Below, one piece after another: positions 48,210 to 57,763 of a stretch of 64,000 nt of DNA (its first letter is position 1; each line of letters starts with the position of its first letter). A model generated the notes under the pieces. It worked only from the letters and a program-made list of their open reading frames with translations, ran no database searches and was not told where the DNA came from. Made by a program: the position numbers and the translations under genes. This stretch comes from Anaeromyxobacteraceae bacterium. Its GTDB lineage: Bacteria; Myxococcota; Myxococcia; Myxococcales; Anaeromyxobacteraceae. The stretch spans positions 576,001 through 640,000 of the forward strand of contig JASGHJ010000002.1 of assembly GCA_047602405.1 (NCBI GenBank), written 5' to 3'.

Positions 48210-49625
48210 TCAGCGGCGCCGCTTGCCGCCCCACGAGCCGACGAGCTTCGGCTTCCCGCCGCCGCCCGCCCCCGCGCCTCCGGAGCCGCCGGCGTGGCCG
48301 CCGCCGGACGCCGGCGCGTGACCGCCGCCGGAGGAGGACGGGCGGTGACCGCCGCCCCCGCCGCGTGCGTTGTGCGCGGCCGCGCGGCGCCGGTTCCGGT
48401 TCATGCCCGCGGGGCGGGCGTGCGGCCCCGGGTCCGCCGCGTTCGCCGCGGCCCGCGCGAGCTCGGTCCTGAAGATCTCGCGGTCGCGGGGGACCTCGGC
48501 GCGCGGCAGCTGCCGGCGGGTGAGCTTCTCGATGTCCCGGAGCTGGTCGGCCTCCTCGGGCGAGGCGAACGACGAGGCCCGGCCGGAGGCGTCCATGCGC
48601 GCGGTGCGTCCGACCCGGTGCACGTAGTCCTCCGGCACGTGGGGCAGGTCGAAGTTCACCACGTGGCCGATCTCGGCGACGTCGATGCCGCGGGCGGCGA
48701 TGTCGGTCGCGACGAGCACACGGTACTGGCCGGAGCGGAAGCCCTCGAGCGCCTGCTTGCGCTGGCCCTGGCTCCGGTCGGCGTGGATGCGGGTGACCTT
48801 GTGCCCCGCGCGGTCGAGCGCCTTCGCGACCTTGTCGGCGCGCCGCTTCGTGCGCGTGAAGACGAGGGTGGAGAGGCCGTCCTCCTCGAGAAGCGCGAGC
48901 AGGAGCGGCAGCTTCTCGGTGGCCGTGGCGAGGAAGACCCGCTGGTCGGCGCGCTCGGCCGTGGTGCCGCTCCGGTTCATCTCGACCATGACCGGGGCCT
49001 TGAGGTGCGTCTTCGCGAACTCGCCCACCTCGCCCGCCATGGTCGCGGAGAAGAGGAGGGTCTGCCGGACCTTCGGCACCCGCTGCAGGATCCGGGTGAG
49101 CTGGGGCTTGAACCCCATGTCGAGCATCCGGTCGGCCTCGTCGAGGACCAGCACCTCGAGCCGGTCGAGCTTCGCGTTCCCCTGCGCGAGGTGATCCACG
49201 AGCCGTCCCGGGGTCGCGATGACGACCTCGTGGTGCTTGAGCTCGTCCGCCTGGCGGGCCATGCCGACGCCGCCGATCACGACGGCGCCGCGCACGGCGC
49301 CACCGGCGGCGGCGCCCCGCGCCGGCTGCCGGCCGCGGGCGAACCGGTCGAGCTGGTCGGCGATCTGCAGCGCGAGCTCGCGGGTGGGGGCGAGCACGAG
49401 CGCCCGCGGGCCGACGTGGTGGTGCGGGTTCGTCGCGAGCCGCTCGACGATCGGGAGGAGGAAGGCGGCGGTCTTCCCGGTGCCGGTGGCCGCGATGCCG
49501 ATCACGTCCTTGCCGGCGAGGGCGGGCGGGATGGCCTGGGCCTGGATGGGCGTGGGGTGCTCGAAGCCGGCCTTGTCGAGGGCGTCGAGGGTCTTCGGAG
49601 AGAGGCCGAGGGAGGCGAAGCTCAT
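48210..49625 (-). CDS. DEAD-box RNA helicase (RhlE-like)
   Basis: PTPIQ, TGTGKT, PTRELA, TPGRL, DEAD, SAT, ARGID, HRVGRTAR; Gly/Arg-rich tail. Confidence 0.96.
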   Translation of the reverse strand: MSFASLGLSPKTLDALDKAGFEHPTPIQAQAIPPALAGKDVIGIAATGTGKTAAFLLPIVERLATNPHHHVGPRALVLAPTRELALQIADQLDRFARGRQPARGAAAGGAVRGAVVIGGVGMARQADELKHHEVVIATPGRLVDHLAQGNAKLDRLEVLVLDEADRMLDMGFKPQLTRILQRVPKVRQTLLFSATMAGEVGEFAKTHLKAPVMVEMNRSGTTAERADQRVFLATATEKLPLLLALLEEDGLSTLVFTRTKRRADKVAKALDRAGHKVTRIHADRSQGQRKQALEGFRSGQYRVLVATDIAARGIDVAEIGHVVNFDLPHVPEDYVHRVGRTARMDASGRASSFASPEEADQLRDIEKLTRRQLPRAEVPRDREIFRTELARAAANAADPGPHARPAGMNRNRRRAAAHNARGGGGGHRPSSSGGGHAPASGGGHAGGSGGAGAGGGGKPKLVGSWGGKRRR

Positions 49626-49658
49626 GCGGGGCGCACCCTACACGATATAGAAGGGGGC

Positions 49659-50117
49659 GTGTCGAAGGCCTTCACGAGCGAGGAGACCCCGGACCTCGGC
49701 CCCGTGGTCCGCGTGCCGCCGCGGCTCGCGCCGGGCGAGGTGCGGTACGTGACGCCCGAGGGGCAGGCGGCGCTGCGGCGCGAGCTCGCGACGCTCCCGG
49801 CGAACGATCCGCGCGCCGCGGTGGTGGAGCGGACGCTCGCGGCGCTGACCGTGCTCGGCCCCGAGGCCGCGCCGGAGGGCAGGGTGGGCTTCGGCACCTG
49901 GGTCGAGGTCGAGGACGCCGCGGGCCTGCGGAAGCTCTACCGGCTCGTCGGACCCGACGAGGCCGACCCGCGCCGCGGGCTCGTGTCGGTGCACGCCCCG
50001 GTCGGCGCGGCGCTGCTCGGCCGCGAGGTGGACGACGCCGTCGAGGTGGACCTCCCCGGCGGACGCGCGGAGTACACCGTGATCGCCGTGCACCGGGCCG
50101 CCCCTCCCGAGCGCTGA
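49659..50117 (+). CDS. GreA/GreB-family protein with shortened N-terminal coiled coil
   Basis: SKAFTSEE, YVTPEG, VGFGTWV, YRLVGPDEAD, SVHAPVGAALLG. Confidence 0.85.
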   Translation: MSKAFTSEETPDLGPVVRVPPRLAPGEVRYVTPEGQAALRRELATLPANDPRAAVVERTLAALTVLGPEAAPEGRVGFGTWVEVEDAAGLRKLYRLVGPDEADPRRGLVSVHAPVGAALLGREVDDAVEVDLPGGRAEYTVIAVHRAAPPER

Positions 50118-50247
50118 AGGGGCCGGGGACCCGTGCGCGGCGCCGCGCGCCCCGGATGAGCGCGCAGGGCGCCTCATGGGGCCTTGCGCCCGTCTCGCCG
50201 CTTCGGACCGAGCCTTCTGCTAGACCAAGGCAGAGAGGAAGAGCGCC

Positions 50248-51691
50248 ATGACCGCGCCCCATGCGCCCGATCGACGGCTCCGCACCGGCATCGCCGGGCT
50301 CGACGACGTGCTCGGCGGCGGCTTCCCGTCGCCGCGCATCTACCTCGTGCAGGGGGACCCCGGGGCCGGGAAGACCACGCTCTGCCTCCAGTTCCTCCTC
50401 GAGGGGCGCCGGGAGGGCGAGCGCACCCTGTACGTCTCGCTCTCCGAGTCGCGGGAGGAGCTCGAGCACACCGCGTCGGCGCACGGCTGGTCCCTGGAGG
50501 GCGTCGACGTGCTCGAGATCCCGAGCGACGGGGCGGCGGACGAGGCCGACAGCACGTTCTACACGCCCTCGGAGGTGGAGCTCGGGCGCCGCATGGAGGC
50601 GATCCTGCGGGAGGTGGACGCGCTCCGCCCGACCCGGATCGTGCTCGACTCCTGCTCCGAGCTGCGCCTGCTCGCGGAGGGGCCGCTCCGGTACCGCCGC
50701 CGAGATCCTCGCGCTCAAGCACCGGCTCACCGCGCTCGGGTGCACGATCCTCCTCATCGACAACCCGCAGCCCGGCGACCCGGACATGCTCCTGCAGAGC
50801 CTCGTCCACGGCGTCATCACGATGGAGCAGCTCTCGCCGCTGTACGGCGCCGAGCGGCGCCGCCTCCGGATCGCGAAGCTCCGCGGCATCCGCTACCGCG
50901 GCGGCTACCACGACTTCACCATCGCGGCGGGCGGCCTGCGCGTCTTCCCCAGGCTCGTGGCGGCAGAGCACCACACGGGCTTCGAGGCCGGGGCGGTCCA
51001 GAGCGGGGTGCCGGCCCTCGACGCGCTCTTCGGCGGCGGGCCGGATCGCGGCTCGAGCCTCCTCCTCATCGGCCCGTCCGGCTGCGGCAAGTCCACCGTG
51101 GCGTTCCACTACGCCGCCGCCGCCGCCACGCGGGGGGAGCGGGCGGCGGTCTTCTCGTTCGACGAGAGCGCCACGGCCTTCCGGGCACGGGCGGCGTCGC
51201 TCGGGCTCGGCCTCGAGGCGCACGTCCTCGACGGCCGCGTCGCGGTGCGGCAGGTCGATCCGGCCGAGCTCTCGCCCGGCGAGTTCTCCCACGCCGTGCG
51301 CGAGGAGGCCGAGACGGGCGGCGCGCGCGTCGTGGTGATCGACAGCCTCAACGGCTACCTCAACGCCATGCCGGAAGAGCGCTTCCTCGCGCTCCAGCTC
51401 CACGAGCTGCTCATGTACCTCGCGCAGCGCGGCGTCCTGACCGTGCTCACCGTCGCGCAGACGGGCCTGGCGGGCGCGCCGGGCGAGTCGCCGGTGGACG
51501 TGAGCTACCTCGCCGACTCCGTGCTGCTGTTCCGCTACGGGCGGCCCGAGCGCCGGGTCGTGAAGACCCTTTCGGTCGTGAAGAAGCGCACCGGCGTTCA
51601 CGCCACCACCCTCCACGAGCTCACGCTCGACGGCGGCCTCCGGATCGGGCCCCCGCTCGACCGGTCCGAGGCCGGGGGAGTCCAGGATTGA
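50248..51691 (+). CDS. KaiC-like duplicated RecA-type ATPase; +1 frameshift at ~50700
   Basis: Two Walker A motifs (GDPGAGKT, GPSGCGKS), RRRLRIAKLRG, GG.RVFPRL, VVIDSLNGY, SYLAD, VVKKRTG; halves lie in two frames. Confidence 0.88.
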
Positions 51692-53244
51692 GCGCGGATC
51701 CCGGCCTGCGGGTGGTGGTGCTCGCCCCGTCCATGCGCGACGGGCCGCTCACGGTCGAGCTCCTGGGCCGCGCCGGCGTCGCCTGCGACATCGCGGAGGA
51801 CGCGCCGCACCTCTTCGCTGCGCTGGAGGAGGGGGTGGGCGCGGCGGTGATCGCCGACGAGGGGCTCTCCCCCGATTCGCTCGCGAGGCTGACCGCGCTC
51901 CTGCGCCGGCAGGCGCCGTGGTCCGACCTGCCGGTGCTGCTGCTCACCCGGTCGCGCGCGCGGGGCGGGCCGCCGCCGGAGGCCCTGGAGGCGCTCTCGG
52001 GAAACTCGAACGTCGTGCTCCTGGAGCGGCCGATCCAGGGGGTGACGCTCGTCGCCGCGGTCCGGTCGGCGCTCCGCGCGAGGGCGCGCCAGTACGCGAC
52101 CCGCGACCTGCTCGACCGCCTGGCCGGATCCATCCGCTCGCGCGACCAGTTCCTCGCGCTCCTCGGGCACGAGCTGCGCAACCCGCTCGGCGCCATCACG
52201 CTCGCGAGCGAGCTCCTCGATCGCGGCGCGGACCCGGGTCGGCCGCGCGAGATCATCGCCCGGCAGAGCCGGAAGCTCTCCCGGCTCGTCGACGACCTCC
52301 TCGAGGTCTCCCGGGTGACCTCCGGCAAGATCGAGCTCCGGCCCGCGAGGCTGGACCTGCGGGAGGTAGTCGCCTCCTCCCTCGCGCTCGTGGAGTCCAC
52401 CGCAGCCCAGCGCGGCGTCGTGCTCGAGGTCTCGCTGCCCGACCGGCCGGTCGCGCTCGAGGGCGACGCCGTCCGGCTCGAGCAGGTCACCGGCAACCTG
52501 CTCGTGAACGCGGTGAAGTACACGCCGCCGGGCGGGCGGGTCACCGTGCTCCTCGACGCCGCGGGCGGGCGTGCCCGCCTGCGGGTGCGGGACACCGGCG
52601 CCGGCATCCCGCCCACCGAGCTCGAGCGGATCTTCGAGCCGTTCGCGCAGGCCCGCACGACGCTCGCCCGCAGCGAGGGCGGCCTCGGGCTCGGCCTCGC
52701 CCTCGTGCGGGGGCTGGTCGCCATGCACGGCGGAGAGGTCGTGGCGCGCAGCGACGGCGAGGGCCTGGGCAGCGAGTTCGAGGTCTCCCTGCCGCTCGAG
52801 CGGCCCGCGGCGCTCACGCCCGTCGCCGTCGCCGCCCCCGCCGCGCCCGGGCGCGGGGCCGCGCGCGCGCGCCGAGTCCTCGTCGTCGAGGACAACCCCG
52901 ACAACGCGGACGCGCTGAGGCTCCTCCTCGAGCGGATGGGCCACGCCGTGGAGGTGGCCGGCGACGGTCCGGGCGGGGTCTCCTGCGCGCTCGCCCACCG
53001 CCCCGAGGTGCTCCTCGTGGACATCGGGCTGCCGGGCTTCGACGGCTACGAGGTCGCCCGGCGGGTGCGCGCGGCCCTGGGCCCGGCGCCCTACCTCGTC
53101 GCGCTCTCCGGCTACGGTCAGGCCCGCGACCGGGAGCAGGCGCGCCAGGCGGGCTTCGACCTGCACCTCACGAAGCCGGCCACGCCCGAGCGCCTCGAGC
53201 AGATCGTGGGCCGCCCCGCGATGGCGCGCGGCGCGTCCGCCTGA
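51688..53244 (+). CDS. Hybrid sensor histidine kinase/response regulator with N-terminal pseudo-receiver
   Basis: QAPWSDLPVLLL, GHELRNPL, NLLVNAVKY, DTGAGI, GLGLGL, VVEDN..VDIGLP..KP; TTG overlapping the upstream stop. Confidence 0.92.
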   Translation: MSADPGLRVVVLAPSMRDGPLTVELLGRAGVACDIAEDAPHLFAALEEGVGAAVIADEGLSPDSLARLTALLRRQAPWSDLPVLLLTRSRARGGPPPEALEALSGNSNVVLLERPIQGVTLVAAVRSALRARARQYATRDLLDRLAGSIRSRDQFLALLGHELRNPLGAITLASELLDRGADPGRPREIIARQSRKLSRLVDDLLEVSRVTSGKIELRPARLDLREVVASSLALVESTAAQRGVVLEVSLPDRPVALEGDAVRLEQVTGNLLVNAVKYTPPGGRVTVLLDAAGGRARLRVRDTGAGIPPTELERIFEPFAQARTTLARSEGGLGLGLALVRGLVAMHGGEVVARSDGEGLGSEFEVSLPLERPAALTPVAVAAPAAPGRGAARARRVLVVEDNPDNADALRLLLERMGHAVEVAGDGPGGVSCALAHRPEVLLVDIGLPGFDGYEVARRVRAALGPAPYLVALSGYGQARDREQARQAGFDLHLTKPATPERLEQIVGRPAMARGASA

Positions 53245-53245
53245 G

Positions 53246-54346
53246 TCACGACCGCCCCTCCGCGGGTGCGAGCGCCGCGGCCCTGCGCGCGCGGCGCCAG
53301 CCGAGCACGCGGTCGCGCAGCCCGAGGGCGGGCCGCTCCACGAGCCGGTACGAGAGCTCGGCCACGGCGAGCGCCGCGAGCACGTTCAGGGGGAACCGCC
53401 CGAGCGCGAGGTTCCGCGCCTCGCCGGAGAAGAACGGCTGCTGCCAGAGGTACAGGCTGTACGACAGCACGCCCACGTGTGCGACCGCGGGCAGGTTGAG
53501 GAGCCGGCCGACCGCGGAGGCGGGGTTGCGCAGCGCCCACACGAGGATGCTCGCGACCGCGAGCGCCTCGAGCGTGTAGCGCACCGGGTACTCGTACCAG
53601 CCGTGGAAGCGCAGGACCAGCAGGGGGGAGGCGACCGCGAGGAACGCCGCCGAGAGGAGCGCCGCGGGCCCGCTCGCGGCCGTCGCGAGCGCGCGCGACG
53701 GCGCCGGGCCGAGGAGCCGGCCGCGCTCCAGCGCGACGAGGCAGCCGACCGCCAGCGCGTCCATCCGCGCGTGGAACATGAACGAGAGGCTCTCCCAGGG
53801 CGACAGGAGGTGGTGCACGGAGCGGATGACGGGCGAGGCGAGCAGCACCAGGAGCGCCACGCGGACGCCGCGGCGCCCCGCGACCGCGAGGGTCGCCGGC
53901 CAGAGCAGGTAGAACTGCTCCTCGACCGAGAGCGACCAGGTGTGCCCGAGCCACCAGCCCGCGCGCAGGTAGTCGGTCAGGAACAGGAGCGTGTGGCGGA
54001 ACGCACCTTCCGGCGGCGGCGGCGCGAGGAGCGCCACCGCGGCCACGTAGACCCAGAGCGGGGGCAGGATGCGGAACGCCCGGCGCAGGTAGAACTCGCC
54101 GAGCGAGATCCGGCCCCGCCGGGCCTGCTCGCGGGCGAGCAGCGTCGTGATGATGAACCCGCTGATCCCGAAGAAGAGCGTGACCCCGAGCGGCCCGAGG
54201 TTCTCGAGGAGCGCGATCGGGACCGATTCGGGGTGCTCCCGGCCGGCCGCGAAGAACGAGTGCGCCACGAGGACGCAGGCGATCGAGACGGCCCGGAGCC
54301 CGTCGAGCGACGGGACGCGGTCGCCGACCGGCGGCGTGCTGGACAT
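53246..54346 (-). CDS. Acyltransferase family 3 (OafA-like)
   Basis: SLDGLRAVS, FFGISGFII, FYLRRAFRILP, HTWSLSVEEQFY, SYSLYLWQ. Confidence 0.94.
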   Translation of the reverse strand: MSSTPPVGDRVPSLDGLRAVSIACVLVAHSFFAAGREHPESVPIALLENLGPLGVTLFFGISGFIITTLLAREQARRGRISLGEFYLRRAFRILPPLWVYVAAVALLAPPPPEGAFRHTLLFLTDYLRAGWWLGHTWSLSVEEQFYLLWPATLAVAGRRGVRVALLVLLASPVIRSVHHLLSPWESLSFMFHARMDALAVGCLVALERGRLLGPAPSRALATAASGPAALLSAAFLAVASPLLVLRFHGWYEYPVRYTLEALAVASILVWALRNPASAVGRLLNLPAVAHVGVLSYSLYLWQQPFFSGEARNLALGRFPLNVLAALAVAELSYRLVERPALGLRDRVLGWRRARRAAALAPAEGRS

Positions 54347-54443
54347 GCGCGGGCTCCCCCGTCGAGGAACCTGCGCCCTGCGAGGGCGACCGCCCAGCCT
54401 CCCCGCGAGACGTCCCGCCCCGGGGTGCGGCCGCGCCGGCGGG

Positions 54444-55157
54444 TCACTCCGCGGCGAAGCGGAGCGGCATCACCACCCAGAGCGAGACCGGCTGGCCGGA
54501 CGGGTCGGCCCCGGCGACCCAGCGGCAGTCCTGCACCGCCTGCCAGATGGCGGCGGCGATGCGGTCGGGGACGCCGCCGGTGAGCGTGGAGAACCGCGCG
54601 GGCGTGCCGTCCCGGCCGACCGCGAACTTCACGGTCACGGGCCCGGACACGAAGCCGGCGAGGTCGCGCGGTACGCGCAGGCCCTGCTGCACGCACAGGC
54701 GCTGCGCCAGGGCGGGCGCGCGGAACCCGGCCTGCGCGTAGAGCGTCTCCTCGGTCACGCCGCCCGCGCCGTTGCCGCCCGCGATGGGCGCGGTGCCCGG
54801 CACGAAGTCCGGATCGGCCGGGCCGTCGCCCACCGGCGCCGGATCGGGCGGGCCGGGCTCCGTCGCGGCGACGGGAGGGACGTCGACGGGCTGGACGATC
54901 GTGTCGCGCGGCGGCGTCGGCCGCGCCAGGCGCGGGGCGGGCTGCGAGGCCGGCCGGGGAGCTGCCGGCGGCCTCGAGGGGAGGATCACCGGCTGGCCGA
55001 TGGGCACGGGCGGCTGCTCGGGCGGAGGCCGGGCGACGAGCGTCGCGAGCACGAGGGCGGCGACGAGGATCCCCTGCAGGCCGGTCGAGCCGAGCAGGTA
55101 GAGGGCGCGGGTCGCCGTCTGGCGACCGGTCTCGCGGGCGGTGACGTCTGCGAACAT
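54444..55157 (-). CDS. TonB-like energy transducer (TM + Pro-rich linker + C-terminal domain)
   Basis: GAGGAGG RBS; TM, Pro-rich segment, VTVKFAVGRDG, AVQDCRW..G.D..GQPV. Confidence 0.78.
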   Translation of the reverse strand: MFADVTARETGRQTATRALYLLGSTGLQGILVAALVLATLVARPPPEQPPVPIGQPVILPSRPPAAPRPASQPAPRLARPTPPRDTIVQPVDVPPVAATEPGPPDPAPVGDGPADPDFVPGTAPIAGGNGAGGVTEETLYAQAGFRAPALAQRLCVQQGLRVPRDLAGFVSGPVTVKFAVGRDGTPARFSTLTGGVPDRIAAAIWQAVQDCRWVAGADPSGQPVSLWVVMPLRFAAE

Positions 55158-55265
55158 GGGGCCTCCTCGTGGGCGCACCTAGCGTGAAGGAGCCGGATCG
55201 CTCCCGTCAACGGGCCCGCCCATGAGGGTCCAACGCGCGGCCGCCCTGGAGGATCTGCGCCTCGT

Positions 55266-56207
55266 TCACGGGGGAGGGCACGGCGGGGTGAGCCCGAGCG
55301 CGGCGGCGTCCACCCGGTAGACGTCCCTGAGGCCGTTGCCGGGCCCGCGCAGCGCTGCCGCGAGGCCGGCCGCGTCCCGGCGCACGCCGCGCCGCCGCCT
55401 GAAATCGTTCCTGTTGCTCGTGAAGTAGAACGTCCGGCCGTCCGGCGAGAGCCGCGGCCCGAAGTCCCACCCCTCGGAGTTCACCCCTGCGCCGAGGGGC
55501 CGGGGAGGGGTGAAGCCGCCGGCGCACGCGAAGCTGACGAAGAGGTCGTACTGCCCCGCGCCGCCCGCGCGGCCCCGGGCGGCGAAGACGAGCGTCCGCC
55601 CGTCGCCGGACACGAGCGGCTCGATCTCCGCGTCCGGGCCGTTCACGGCCGGCCCCAGGTTCTCCGGCGGGCCGAAGCGGTCGCCCAGCCAGCGGGCGCG
55701 CCACAGATCCGACTTCCCGGCGCCGCCCGGCCGCTCGGAGCCGAAGTAGATCGTCCCGTCGTCGGAGAGTGTCGGGAACCACTCGTCCGCGGGCGACGAG
55801 AGCTCCTCCAGGTGCCGGGGCGGTCCCCACCGCCCGTCCGCCCGGCGATCCATGACCCAGAGCTCGGTGTCCGGCCGCGGGAGGTCCCCGCCGTCGGTCG
55901 GGCGGTTCGAGATGAAGTACAGGTGCGCCCCGTCCCGGGTGACGAAGACGTCGCCGTCGTCCCACTCGCCGCTCCAGGGCGCGACCTCGGGCGGTGTCCA
56001 GCCCGCGCCCGACCGCCGGCTCTCCATCACCGTCCAGTGCGCGAAGTCCGGCGTGCTGCGCAGGAAGTACATGGTCTGGCCGTCCGGCGTGAATGCGACG
56101 TGCGCGTCGTCGTCGCCCGTCGACACGACGCCCTCGAGGAAGCGCGCGGGTGGCGCGTGCGGCGCGGCGGCGGCGACGAGGAGCGAGAGCGCGGCGAGGG
56201 CGAGCAT
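55266..56207 (-). CDS. Secreted PD40/TolB-like beta-propeller protein
   Basis: Repeated FTPDG..YF, SDDG.IYF.S.RPGG.G..DLW, PENLGPAVN, SPDG..FYFTSNR. Confidence 0.85.
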   Translation of the reverse strand: MLALAALSLLVAAAAPHAPPARFLEGVVSTGDDDAHVAFTPDGQTMYFLRSTPDFAHWTVMESRRSGAGWTPPEVAPWSGEWDDGDVFVTRDGAHLYFISNRPTDGGDLPRPDTELWVMDRRADGRWGPPRHLEELSSPADEWFPTLSDDGTIYFGSERPGGAGKSDLWRARWLGDRFGPPENLGPAVNGPDAEIEPLVSGDGRTLVFAARGRAGGAGQYDLFVSFACAGGFTPPRPLGAGVNSEGWDFGPRLSPDGRTFYFTSNRNDFRRRRGVRRDAAGLAAALRGPGNGLRDVYRVDAAALGLTPPCPPP

Positions 56208-56217
56208 GCCCCCGACG

Positions 56218-57021
56218 CTAGCCGCGCCCGCCGCGCCGCGCTTCCAGGAACGTGCGCGGCGCGGAGCCCAGCACGCTGCGGAACGCATCGGTGAGGTGGG
56301 CGTGGTGCGCGAAGCCGAGCTCGAGCGCGAGCCGCGCGAGCGCGCCGCGCCCGCCCTCGAGCGCCTCGAGGGCGGCGAGCACCCGGAGCTGCCGGCGGTA
56401 CGCGCGGACGGGCATGCCGGTCGTGGCGCGGAAGACGCGCATGAGGTGGAACGGGGAGGCGCCGACCCCGGCGGCGAGCGCCCCGATCGGCAGGTTCCGG
56501 TCGAGCTCCGCCGCGAGCCGGGCCTTCACCGCGTCGACGAGCCGCCGGTCCCGCCGGCCCGGCGGAGGGTCCCCGCGGCGCCCGCCGGCCCGGGCGATCT
56601 CGCCGACGAGCTCGAGCGCGGCCTCCTCGCCGGGCAGGCCCGAGGTCCCGGCCGCCAGCGCCGCGCGGAGGCGCGCGAGCAGGACGTGGGCCCGCGGGGT
56701 CGCGCCGAACGCCACCCGGGGCGAGGCGCCGAAGGCCTCGTCGGCGAGCCCGGGCGCGAGCTCGAGGACGGTCAGGTCGTCGCCCCCGTCGACGGGGTGG
56801 CTCACCCGGTAGGCGTCGCCTCCCCGGTGGAGGAGCGCGGTGCAGGCGTCGCCGAGGTGCGCCCGGGCGCCGAGGTGGTAGACGAACGCGCCGCGGCGGA
56901 CGAGGGCGAGGTGGGTCGGCTCGTCGCCGCGCTCCGGGCCCGGGCCCGCGCGGGGGCTCCGGCAGCGGACGTCGAGGACGCCGACCGAGGGCGACGCGAG
57001 GCGGAGGTGGACGGCGGCCAC
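56218..57021 (-). CDS. AraC-family transcriptional regulator
   Basis: SPFHLMRVFR..TG, LALELGFAHHAHLT.AFR...G..P. Confidence 0.92.
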   Translation of the reverse strand: MAAVHLRLASPSVGVLDVRCRSPRAGPGPERGDEPTHLALVRRGAFVYHLGARAHLGDACTALLHRGGDAYRVSHPVDGGDDLTVLELAPGLADEAFGASPRVAFGATPRAHVLLARLRAALAAGTSGLPGEEAALELVGEIARAGGRRGDPPPGRRDRRLVDAVKARLAAELDRNLPIGALAAGVGASPFHLMRVFRATTGMPVRAYRRQLRVLAALEALEGGRGALARLALELGFAHHAHLTDAFRSVLGSAPRTFLEARRGGRG

Positions 57022-57030
57022 CGCGGAAGC

Positions 57031-57666
57031 CTAGCGCCGGGCCCTCCCGTAGGCCCGCGGATCGAGGCCATGCCGGAACGCGACGCTCACGCGGGGGCCG
57101 GCCCGCGCGACCTTCGGGACCGCGTGCTCCCACGCGAGGTTCGCGGTCCCGCCCATCACGAGGAGGTCGCCGGCGCCCAGCGGGAACGCGAGGGAGCGGC
57201 CGCCGCCGCGGCGGCGGAGGCGGAGGGTCCGCGGGCTCCCCAGCGAGAGGAGCGCGATGACGGGCTCGGCGACCTCCCTCGCGATGCGGTCGGCGTGCCA
57301 GGCCACGCCGTCGCGACCGTCCCGGTAGAGGTTGAACCCGGCCGAGTCGAAGGCGACGCCGTACCGGGTCGAGAGCGCCTGGCGCACGGCCTCGAGCGCC
57401 GCCGGCTCGAGCGGCGCGCCGGAGGCGAGCTCCCAGTGATCGGTGAGGCGGGGCTCCGGCACCCGGCGGTCCCACATCCAGCGCGTGCGCTGGCCCCAGT
57501 CGCGCGCCGCGAGCACCGCCTCGAGGAGCCCGTCCGCGCCGGTCACCCAGCCCCGGCCGAGCTCGAGCCAGGAGGTCGCGTCGAGCGCGATCCGCTGGAC
57601 GTGCGAGAAGCCGGCGTCGAAGGCGGTCGGGCCGGCGTCGAGGAGGGAGGGCTGGAACGGCTCCAC
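57031..57666 (-). CDS. AlkB-family 2OG-Fe(II) dioxygenase
   Basis: NLYRDGRDGVAWHAD (HxD), GDLLVMGG, WEHAVPK, RVSVAFR. Confidence 0.92.
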   Translation of the reverse strand: MEPFQPSLLDAGPTAFDAGFSHVQRIALDATSWLELGRGWVTGADGLLEAVLAARDWGQRTRWMWDRRVPEPRLTDHWELASGAPLEPAALEAVRQALSTRYGVAFDSAGFNLYRDGRDGVAWHADRIAREVAEPVIALLSLGSPRTLRLRRRGGGRSLAFPLGAGDLLVMGGTANLAWEHAVPKVARAGPRVSVAFRHGLDPRAYGRARR

Positions 57667-57763
57667 CCGCTGTCGTTACCCGGCGGGTGCGCCGCCCGCA
57701 GGCGACGGGCGGCGGGGTGCTCGTCCTCCCCACGGGGGCGCGTCCCTTCGCTAGACTCCCCGG

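Noticed and set aside
50248..53244. Single 998-aa KaiC-kinase fusion
   Set aside because: The middle third is out-of-frame nonsense caused by the +1 insertion at ~50700; there are two separate overlapping genes
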